This document shows, piece after piece, positions 56,918 through 64,000 of a stretch of DNA of 64,000 bases. Both the position numbers and the translations under genes were made by a program. Source of the stretch: Nitrospina sp. LS_NOB (lineage in GTDB: Bacteria > Nitrospinota > Nitrospinia > Nitrospinales > VA-1); NCBI GenBank assembly GCA_001542995.1, contig LFLA01000003.1, positions 78,195 through 142,194 on the forward strand, in the 5' to 3' direction. Numbering within the stretch: position 1 is the first letter of the stretch; each line of letters opens with the position of its first letter. Under the pieces are notes generated by a model. The model was given only the letters and a program-made list of their open reading frames with translations. It was not told the origin of the DNA and searched no databases.

Positions 56918-58885
56918 CTACTTTATCATTTCCCCAATATCGCGGACCTTTACTTTTTTCTCAAGGCCTTTGGCTTTCACCGCGTCTTCCAGCATCAATA
57001 CACAGTAGGGGCAGGATACGGCGATGGTGTCAGGATTGGTGACCATTAACTCATCCAGTCTATGATGGCTCATTCGGGTGCCGATATTTTCCTCAAGCAG
57101 GAACCGGGCACCGCCAGCCCCGCAGCAGGTGCCGGTTTCACGGCTTTGTTCCACTTCCTGAACTTTTATTACTTCTGCGGCAAGCACTTTGCGAGGTGCA
57201 TCGTAGATTCCATTATGCCGGCCCAGATAGCAGGAGTCATGCACCACCACATTGGCGTCGGTTTTTTCTCCGAGTGATAATTTTCCTTCGGCGATCAAGG
57301 TTTCCAGCAATTCAGAATGGTGGATCACTTCCAGATAAACTCCGAATTCGGGATACTCGTTTTTCAGTGAGTTGAGACAATGGGGGCAGTGGGTGATGAC
57401 TTTCAGCACAGCATTTTGCTGGAAGGTCTCAGCATTTTGTCTGGCCAGCATGTCGAATAAATATTCGTTGCCGGCTCTGCGGGCCGGGTCACCAGTGCAA
57501 CCCTCACCGTTACCCAAAATGGAAAAGCTGACTCCCGCTTGTTTCAGAGCCTTGACCACTGCCTCGGAAATTTTTTTGCCGCGCGTATCGAAAGACCCGT
57601 TGCATCCGACGAAATACAAATATTCAGTGGGATGGGTCTTATCCCAGATAGGGATGTTCAAAGCTTTGGCCCAGTCGGCGCGTGAGTTTTTAGGGAATCC
57701 CCACGGATTGGACTGGGTTTCCAATGATTTGAAAGCGGACTCCAACTCTTTCGGGTAGCGATCTTCGGTCAGCACCAGTCCGCGTCTTAGGTCGATCACT
57801 TTGTCGACGTATTCAATCATCACCGGGCAGGCAGATTCGCAGGCTCCGCAAGTGGTGCAGGCCCAGAGGGTTTCATCTTTGATCACACCGCCCAGCAAGG
57901 GAATATCGGAAACGGAATGTCCATTAAGATGGTCTCTCAAATCCACCGTGAGTTGTTGCGGCGAGAGAGGTTTGCCGGTTGCCAGTGCCGGGCAGACCTG
58001 GTCGCACCGGCCGCATTGGGTGCAGGTATGCAGATCCAGCATTTGCTTCCAGGTGAAACTTTCAACTTCTGTAATGCCAAAGGTTTCTTTTTCTTCATCT
58101 TCAAAATCGATGCGATGCAGGCCGCTTCCGGGATTCAAGTTGGACAGGAAAACATTCGGGAGGGCTGTCACAATGTGAAAGTGCTTGCTACGTGGAAGAA
58201 GTGTCAGGAAATAGAGGATGGCAGAAACATGAGCCCAGTAGGCCAGGCTGTGCAGGTGCCCCGCCAAATCTTTTCCCAACGTGCTGACGAGGGGAGCGAA
58301 AAGGGCGGCCAACGGGCCGGATTTTTCAATATCCGGATTGAGAGCTAGAAAAGCAGCATCGAACAAAACGTCGCTGGCCACGATGATGAGTATCAGGTCG
58401 AGAATAATCAGGCCTTCGGTGGAGAGGGTGAGACGGTTGGGTTTAATCACCAGCCTGCGATATAGAGCATAGAGAACGGCGAGGGTGACCAGAAAGACCA
58501 CGCCATCCTTAACCCATAAATATGGCAGGATCAGGGGGGCGGTGGCGGAGAAATGAGACTCAATATTTGGCAAAAGGCCGATGAAAAAGAATTCCCCGGC
58601 ACGCACGAGAAGGATCAGGAATCCCCAGAAAATAACAGCATGCATCCAGCCAGACTTAGGTTCCTTAAGAAGCCTGGTTTGTCCAAAGCCGATGCTAAGA
58701 GTCGTGAAAATTCGTTTTAAGGGCTGGTCGGTGCGGTTTTCTTTCCCAGCTTTTAGCAGGAGGCGCAGTTTTGGCCACGCGCTCAAGGTGAAGGCCGTCA
58801 GTGATATCAGGATGAGAAAAACCAGAATCCAGGGTTGCAGGCTGGGGGGAATCCATTCGAACGCACGGTTAATATGTTGATCCAT
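56918..58885 (-). CDS. Membrane-anchored HdrD/DsrK/GlpC-like Fe-S oxidoreductase (NarI/DsrM-like TM domain fused to 2x[4Fe-4S] and CCG domains)
   Basis: About 6 TM helices with conserved His residues, CTQCGRCDQVCP and CTTCGACESACP, and CCG-type cysteine-rich repeats (...TGTCCGAGG). Confidence 0.85.
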   Translation of the reverse strand: MDQHINRAFEWIPPSLQPWILVFLILISLTAFTLSAWPKLRLLLKAGKENRTDQPLKRIFTTLSIGFGQTRLLKEPKSGWMHAVIFWGFLILLVRAGEFFFIGLLPNIESHFSATAPLILPYLWVKDGVVFLVTLAVLYALYRRLVIKPNRLTLSTEGLIILDLILIIVASDVLFDAAFLALNPDIEKSGPLAALFAPLVSTLGKDLAGHLHSLAYWAHVSAILYFLTLLPRSKHFHIVTALPNVFLSNLNPGSGLHRIDFEDEEKETFGITEVESFTWKQMLDLHTCTQCGRCDQVCPALATGKPLSPQQLTVDLRDHLNGHSVSDIPLLGGVIKDETLWACTTCGACESACPVMIEYVDKVIDLRRGLVLTEDRYPKELESAFKSLETQSNPWGFPKNSRADWAKALNIPIWDKTHPTEYLYFVGCNGSFDTRGKKISEAVVKALKQAGVSFSILGNGEGCTGDPARRAGNEYLFDMLARQNAETFQQNAVLKVITHCPHCLNSLKNEYPEFGVYLEVIHHSELLETLIAEGKLSLGEKTDANVVVHDSCYLGRHNGIYDAPRKVLAAEVIKVQEVEQSRETGTCCGAGGARFLLEENIGTRMSHHRLDELMVTNPDTIAVSCPYCVLMLEDAVKAKGLEKKVKVRDIGEMIK

Positions 58886-59086
58886 AAGCGATGTCGGGAA
58901 AGCGGTTGATATCCTTTGGGTTGACCGGCACCGGATTCCGGTCAGAATGTTAGATTATTGTTTTTATTCGCGGATTGCTATTTTATTCGTAGCCTGGGTA
59001 ATATATAATTACACAGCTAAAGATTATCCCTCATTTCAATCTGGTTTTGGAGGTTTTTGGTTTTGCTAAAAGTTATTGGAATTCAA

Positions 59087-59938
59087 ATGCGGATTTTGCC
59101 AATTTTGGTGTGTTTAGGGGTGGTGTTCCCCATCACTGTGCTTGCTGTTCCTTTTCAGGATGAATTTGACAGGAATCAGGCCGGGAACCGTCCCGGGGTC
59201 TTCCCTAAATGGCAAGGGACACCTCCGGTGAATCAGGATCTTCAACCAAACCTGACAAATGAGATCAACGAGCCACATCCTTTACCGTCTCATGTTAACC
59301 GTGATATTTACACTCAGTTGTTGAGAGTTGAGCCGGTAGATCAGGTGCAAAGCAAGGTATTCAATTCGGGCAGGTTTGACCGCCTCCAAAGGATCGGAGT
59401 TTTAGGCTTTGAAAACAAAACGTTTGCACCTTTTGAAGACCGGTCTGCCGGGGATGTTGTATCTCGACAGGCGTACCAGGAATTGAAAAGCAACAAGAGT
59501 TACTCCAGTATCATCCCTCCGCAGTTGATGGAGGATGTGCGGCTTAAAATTGTCAAATCCCCCGGCTCTGTTGTGGGTCAAAATTTTTCGAAGAGTGAGG
59601 AAACTGCGCCGCTAGTTTCCGGGGACAGGGTTGACGCAGTGATGATCGGAGCGGTCTCAAAATATACCGACAGGTATGTAGACCGGTATGGAAAAATTCA
59701 GAAAAGTATAGCCAGCGGTTTGGAGTTCACGGCATTTTTAGTAGACCCTCGGACCCGGGAAGTCATATGGGGTGCCCGTTTTGTGGGACGGCAAAGGCCG
59801 GGAGTTCAGAACCTAGGCCAACATAAGGGGCGCTGGTTGAGTAAAGAGGACTTCACCCGCTCTGCTATGAAATTTGTGTTAAAAGAATTTAGAAACCGGG
59901 TTGATGAACAACCACATAACGAAAATTTGGGACAATGA
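59087..59938 (+). CDS. Secreted protein with an LpoB/DUF799/CsgG-like C-terminal region, hypothetical
   Basis: Signal peptide MRILPILVCLGVVFPITVLA, then GVLGFENKT...VDAVMIGAVSKYT...FLVDPRTREVIW. Confidence 0.55.
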   Translation: MRILPILVCLGVVFPITVLAVPFQDEFDRNQAGNRPGVFPKWQGTPPVNQDLQPNLTNEINEPHPLPSHVNRDIYTQLLRVEPVDQVQSKVFNSGRFDRLQRIGVLGFENKTFAPFEDRSAGDVVSRQAYQELKSNKSYSSIIPPQLMEDVRLKIVKSPGSVVGQNFSKSEETAPLVSGDRVDAVMIGAVSKYTDRYVDRYGKIQKSIASGLEFTAFLVDPRTREVIWGARFVGRQRPGVQNLGQHKGRWLSKEDFTRSAMKFVLKEFRNRVDEQPHNENLGQ

Positions 59939-60723
59939 GTGAATCTTTCGATGGAACCCCCGTTCGGGAAATAGACAAAAAAAGGAAGCTTTGGCGCAAT
60001 ATTTTTTTGCTCAACCTCTGCGTTTCCTTGCTTTTGGTCGGTATTTTCTGGTTACCTGCAAAGCTGGATCAGGTGGCCAGTTTTCTCAATTCCCCCAGCG
60101 TTAACGTGCCTGGAGAAGGCAAAATGGCCGAGAAGCCTGTGGTGGAAGAGGAGGCGCCCGCACCAAAGGCACCCAGCAACATGTTGACAACCATGGTGAC
60201 CACCGTGAACGCTTCCTCAGAAAAAGAGTATGTGTACTTTGATTTTTCCAGCGGGAAGCCGGTTCGCATTCTGGACGCCTCATCTCTGGAATGGGATCTG
60301 GCATTTAGAAGGGGTAAGGTGATATCCAATGGTGGCGCTTCCAGCAAGTTGGGAAATGCCGGCCTCATTGATCTGGGTGTGATCGAGTTTGGCACGGTGA
60401 CGGAAGTGCCCATGGATAATTATTCCGTGGATGTAGCCGCGAAAACTGAAACGGAAAACCCGGTCCTGTTAAAATGGTACAATTATAATTATTTTACCCA
60501 CAAGTTGACCGCCAAGAAGAATAGTTATGCCGTGCGAACCGCGAATGGAAAATATGCCAAATTTCAGTTTCTGAGTTTCTATTGCGACAACAAGGAGGCG
60601 GGATGTATAAAAATTCGCTATGTGTATCAGGATAGTGGGTCCAATAGCTTTTTGAAAACAGGCGGCGCTTTCGCCACAACCTCGACGGCTTCCTCCTCGC
60701 CGGAGACCACGAACCCATCTTGA
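59935..60723 (+). CDS. HmuY-like domain protein with an N-terminal membrane anchor
   Basis: YVYFDFSSGKPV...SLEWDLAFRRGKVISNGGAS...YAVRTANGKYAKFQFLSFY resembles the HmuY family. The start overlaps the previous stop (ATGA). Confidence 0.5.
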   Translation: MSESFDGTPVREIDKKRKLWRNIFLLNLCVSLLLVGIFWLPAKLDQVASFLNSPSVNVPGEGKMAEKPVVEEEAPAPKAPSNMLTTMVTTVNASSEKEYVYFDFSSGKPVRILDASSLEWDLAFRRGKVISNGGASSKLGNAGLIDLGVIEFGTVTEVPMDNYSVDVAAKTETENPVLLKWYNYNYFTHKLTAKKNSYAVRTANGKYAKFQFLSFYCDNKEAGCIKIRYVYQDSGSNSFLKTGGAFATTSTASSSPETTNPS

Positions 60724-60874
60724 TATCTTAAAGAAAATTGCTGAAGTTACCAAGACCGCTCTTCCCAAGGCCGGTCTTTTCTGCTAAAAATGTACTTTAG
60801 CTCACTATTCCGGGATAGAAGAAACTAGTGACCATCATTAATTTTGATCAAAATTTGGATTTGGAGAAAAACGA

Positions 60875-61459
60875 ATGCCGACTTTAAAAGGTTTATTGTT
60901 CAACCAATATGCTGCTGAGGGGCTCACTGCACTGGTTGAAGAAATGCAGTCCAGTTATACCGCCAAAAAAGGGCGCCGATTTAACCATAATAATATTACC
61001 TACGAAATCAGCCGTCCTACCCTGAATGGCAATGCTATTGAATTTGAGATCAGCTCAAAAATCCCGGAGGATGAACTCAAAACGTCTAAAGATATGCAGT
61101 CTTATTTCCAGCAAATGAAAAAAATTCTGCAGAAGGGCAAGAACAAGCCTGAGTCCATTGAAATGGAAAATATAGTTTGGGATTCAAAAAAAGAAACCGA
61201 AAAAAAACGCGACTACGTAAAGCTTCAATACCGGTATCCCCTGGATGACTTGTTTGACAATAAGGTGGTGGCCAAACGGCACGAGAAAGTGATGAGTGGC
61301 CAGGCCGACCCTTCTGTGCCGGATTCTCCCAGTGCTTTCACTAAGGCGGGGCGGGTGGTGCTGGGTGTTGTTCGGGAAACCATGCAGCAGCTAGGTAAGG
61401 AAAGTTTGACCGAGTTAATGGATGTTAACAAAAAGGTCAAAGCCTCGCTGAAAGGCTAA
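60875..61459 (+). CDS. Hypothetical protein (194 aa)
   Basis: Clean ORF of normal composition. I recognise no family. Confidence 0.5.
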   Translation: MPTLKGLLFNQYAAEGLTALVEEMQSSYTAKKGRRFNHNNITYEISRPTLNGNAIEFEISSKIPEDELKTSKDMQSYFQQMKKILQKGKNKPESIEMENIVWDSKKETEKKRDYVKLQYRYPLDDLFDNKVVAKRHEKVMSGQADPSVPDSPSAFTKAGRVVLGVVRETMQQLGKESLTELMDVNKKVKASLKG

Positions 61460-61464
61460 GTCTG

Positions 61465-61644
61465 ATGGGTTCCGTAAAGTATTATCTGGGCAGGGCCTTG
61501 CAATTGATAGGTCTTGCCACCATCTCGGCAGTGGTGTTCATGTTTTTTACCCAGATGAGTATGGAGCCCCTGTTGATCTGGTCGTTGATCGGTGCGTCCG
61601 AGTTTTATGGCGGAACCTGGTTGCTGGGCAATGAGGAAAGGTGA
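61465..61644 (+). CDS. Unlisted 59-aa two-TM ORF
   Basis: MGSVKYYLGRALQLIGLATISAVVFMFFTQMSMEPLLIWSLIGASEFYGGTWLLGNEER. It starts 5 nt after the previous stop and is below the ORF-track length cutoff. Confidence 0.35.
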   Translation: MGSVKYYLGRALQLIGLATISAVVFMFFTQMSMEPLLIWSLIGASEFYGGTWLLGNEER

Positions 61645-61702
61645 TCGGCCCTTTCCCGCCTGAAAGCATAATATTCTTTCCCTTAAGCAATAATAATTAC
61701 CC

Positions 61703-62416
61703 GTGAAAACTCTTCTTGAACAACCTGGTTTTTTGGCCCCATCGGGAACGATTGGGGCTGATTTCAGTTACCTGCTGGCGCTTGTTTTTACCATCCTCTT
61801 TCTTGTGGCCTGGGGATTTGCTAAAAAGGCCCAGGGAACCCGGCATCATAAACTGGTCCTGGTCTCCATGGGGACGATGATGGTTTATTTCGTTGCCTAC
61901 TATTACGCCCGAAGTCTGGGGGTTCTGTCCTTTGAAGGCCGGGAAGGCTTTGGCGGTCCCGATGAGATTTACAAGAACGTTTTTGTACCGGTATTGACTA
62001 TCCATCTCATTCTGGTCACTTTGGGGATGATTCTTGCCTTTTACATGATTCCGCAGGGATTCCGTGCCAGCGACAGGACCGGTGGGGAATACCGCTTGAA
62101 ATCCGAGGAACTGAAGATGAAACCCCGGACATTCAAGATAATCATGTTCAGCATTCTCGGATGCTGGGCTCTGGTTCAAGCCCTCTTATTAGCGACTCGG
62201 CAGAATCCGTTTGGAGCCAGCGTGGCCTATGGCCTGATTTTCTTGACCGTGGCTTTGGTGGTCGGTCTGGAGAAATTGATCGAAAAACTGCTTCCTGATG
62301 GGGCGAGACGGCACCGGATTCTGGGCCGCACTACCATGATTATCTATGCCTTGATCCTGGTGACCAGCACCGCAACCTATCTCATGCTCTACGTCATTTA
62401 TCCGCTCAAACTTTGA
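61703..62416 (+). CDS. DUF420-like membrane protein
   Basis: TM pattern with HHKLV, ...LTIHLILV... and RRHRILGRTT...TSTATYLMLY, resembling DUF420 (CtaM-like) with an inserted loop. GTG start. Confidence 0.55.
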   Translation: MKTLLEQPGFLAPSGTIGADFSYLLALVFTILFLVAWGFAKKAQGTRHHKLVLVSMGTMMVYFVAYYYARSLGVLSFEGREGFGGPDEIYKNVFVPVLTIHLILVTLGMILAFYMIPQGFRASDRTGGEYRLKSEELKMKPRTFKIIMFSILGCWALVQALLLATRQNPFGASVAYGLIFLTVALVVGLEKLIEKLLPDGARRHRILGRTTMIIYALILVTSTATYLMLYVIYPLKL

Positions 62417-62542
62417 TTTGGGGGCTAAAAGTCAGGTAGACGGGATAAACCCCGAGAAAAGCACGCCCGAATGGGGGGAAATCTTTAAAACAAGGGGTTT
62501 TGCCCTTGACACCCCTTGTTTTAACTGATAAATTTCGCGGAA

Positions 62543-62650
62543 TTAAATGACTTCGAAGTACATGAGAAGGAGGTATATCGCGACCAGTCCGTTGACACTG
62601 AGACCGATGTAAACGATGGTATCAAAAATTTTTCCGTCTTTGCTGGCCAT
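62543..62650 (-). CDS. Possible 35-aa single-TM peptide
   Basis: MASKDGKIFDTIVYIGLSVNGLVAIYLLLMYFEVI, with GAGGA 5 nt upstream of the ATG. The longer track ORF to 62812 looks non-coding. Confidence 0.25.
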   Translation of the reverse strand: MASKDGKIFDTIVYIGLSVNGLVAIYLLLMYFEVI

Positions 62651-62933
62651 ATAATCCTCAAAAGTATTTTTTTTCTTTGAAATAAAAGAAATATACCCTA
62701 TCATCCAGATTTTAAAACTGTCAAGAATAAACTTTTTTGAATAGAGAATTAATTTAATTTTCCCGGAGCAGAAAATGGATTTAGAAAAGATTAAGGAAAA
62801 AGCAGGACCCATGATTTATATCGGAACCATTATTTTCTCTTTATGGTTTTTCTATTGGTTTGCATCCGTTTGGCGGTAATCGATTGGAAAGAGCAATCCA
62901 ATCATTAATTTTTTTGGGGGAGTTTAAGGAAAT

Positions 62934-63101
62934 ATGAACGATTTTTCGGCTAGCGAACAAAAAAAGTTTGTCACTCCAAAATCCATTATCTGGTTCATCA
63001 TTGCTTTAACCTGCATGGGCGGATATTACTTTCTCATCAACGTTGGGTTGATGAAAGTTCAGGGACTTGATTTCTTCTACCTTTGGAGCTCAGGTAGGTA
63101 G
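62934..63101 (+). CDS. Unlisted 55-aa membrane ORF
   Basis: An AAGGA SD precedes MNDFSASEQKKFVTPKSIIWFIIALTCMGGYYFLINVGLMKVQGLDFFYLWSSGR. A strong terminator follows at 63148. Confidence 0.35.
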   Translation: MNDFSASEQKKFVTPKSIIWFIIALTCMGGYYFLINVGLMKVQGLDFFYLWSSGR

Positions 63102-63147
63102 TGGCGGAGGCGGTGGCCATTAATCCTGAATAACGGATCTTGAACAG

Positions 63148-63180
63148 ATGACAAGCCCGGTGGGCTTGTCATTTTTTTTG
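63148..63180 (+). terminator. Rho-independent terminator
   Basis: GACAAGCCC-ggt-GGGCTTGTC is followed by aTTTTTTTT. Confidence 0.75.
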
Positions 63181-63215
63181 CCTGCTTCTCTAATAACCTC
63201 GAATAAATTTAAATC

Positions 63216-63869
63216 ATGAATGAAAACCCCTCCTGCCGGGTCTACCTTTTCCGTCATGGCGAAACCGCAAACTCAAAAGAAGTGCACTTCAATGGCCATT
63301 TTGATGTAGGGCTTTCCGTGAATGGGGAAGACCAGTTCAAAGAATGGGCTCAGGTTTTGAAAGACGAGCCCTTCAAAGCCATTTATTCCAGTGATCTTGA
63401 GCGAACCCGGTTGAGCGCCCGATTATTGGGAGAACCGCACCAGCTTGAACCTGTGTCCTTTCCTGAATTGAGGGAGTTATGTTTTGGCGTCTGGGAGGGG
63501 TTGAGCGTTACCGAGGTGGAGAAGAAATTCCCCCAGCAACTCGAAAAACGTATGAAGAATATCGAAGCGTTTCAAGTAGAAGGGGGCGAGACGTTTGAGC
63601 AACTTAAAGAACGAGTCGTGCCCCGCTTTGAGGAAATTATTGCCTACCATCCCAACGAACAGATTGCTCTGGTTTGCCACGGGGGCGTGAACCGGGTGAT
63701 TCTTTCCCATCTGCTTGAAGTGCCGATAAAAAGAATTTTCAGGATCAAGCAGGATTATGCGGCTCTCAATATTATTCAGTATTATGGCGATGAGCCTGTG
63801 GTGGAATTGGTGGGAGGGGCGACTCACCAGGCCACGGGTGCCCAAGACAAAAAAATAGCTATTCAGTAG
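63216..63869 (+). CDS. Histidine phosphatase family protein (phosphoglycerate mutase/CobC-like)
   Basis: RVYLFRHGET (RHG motif), a downstream LERTR, and CHGGVNRV. Confidence 0.85.
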   Translation: MNENPSCRVYLFRHGETANSKEVHFNGHFDVGLSVNGEDQFKEWAQVLKDEPFKAIYSSDLERTRLSARLLGEPHQLEPVSFPELRELCFGVWEGLSVTEVEKKFPQQLEKRMKNIEAFQVEGGETFEQLKERVVPRFEEIIAYHPNEQIALVCHGGVNRVILSHLLEVPIKRIFRIKQDYAALNIIQYYGDEPVVELVGGATHQATGAQDKKIAIQ

Positions 63870-63881
63870 AAAGGCTCTTGG

Positions 63882-64000
63882 ATGAAGAGTTTTCTGGTCC
63901 AGATCAAAAACGCAGATGTGTATGTGGGTGGCAACCCGGTTCTCAAATCTTTGAGCTGGACCATGAACGAAGGGGAAAACTGGGCTGTGGTGGGCAATAA
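63882..64000 (+). CDS. Probable ABC-transporter ATP-binding protein, 3'-truncated by the window edge
   Basis: MKSFLVQIKNADVYVGGNPVLKSLSWTMNEGENWAVVGN is the typical lead-in to a Walker A motif. Confidence 0.55.
   Translation, partial: MKSFLVQIKNADVYVGGNPVLKSLSWTMNEGENWAVVGN

Overview
This is a 64-kb chromosomal window from a diderm bacterium (it encodes LolA, LpxC and a SurA-like PPIase). GC looks mid-40s to about 50% by eye. It is densely coding, with about 60 credible CDS. I recognised no rRNA, tRNA, CRISPR array, transposase or integrase.

The backbone is housekeeping:
- DUF47-PiT phosphate uptake
- a HisKA kinase with an OmpR-type regulator
- bioD, a 2-Cys peroxiredoxin and surE
- a long minus-strand block purN-lolA-rseP-orf94-pepM/NT-proS, followed by rimP-nusA-infB-DUF503-rbfA-truB-rpsO-pnp
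- greA-trmB
- a fused HyuA/HyuB-type 5-oxoprolinase
- gltX

Stand-out items:
1. One 731-aa ORF joins four parts. They are an intact receiver domain, an NtrC-type AAA+ module whose GAFTGA, Walker B and arginine-finger positions are substituted, a Fis-like HTH remnant, and a complete LpxC that looks catalytically intact.
2. A PEP mutase (EDKX5NS motif present) is fused to a nucleotidyltransferase and translationally coupled to an unknown 94-aa ORF. It sits inside the rseP-proS operon, and no ppd or AEP-transaminase gene lies in the window.
3. A modular, hairpin-rich dispersed repeat family fills nearly every intergenic gap between 5.4 and 11.7 kb. It includes a 2.2 x 103-bp tandem array and one copy bracketed by 10-bp direct repeats. 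More copies lie at 38 and 41.6 kb.
4. Several 1-nt frame disruptions are confined to accessory or signalling genes: an ankyrin gene at G3 and G8 runs, an HDOD N-terminus, a LuxR-HTH remnant and a small secreted-protein gene.
5. An AT-rich islet encodes a PD-(D/E)xK-like protein and is bracketed by nested palindromes.
6. An SplB-like protein with non-canonical Cys spacing overlaps an ABC-class ATPase gene, next to a two-lobed SagB-like nitroreductase.

All functional calls come from motif recognition by eye on the supplied translations. No database or HMM search was possible.
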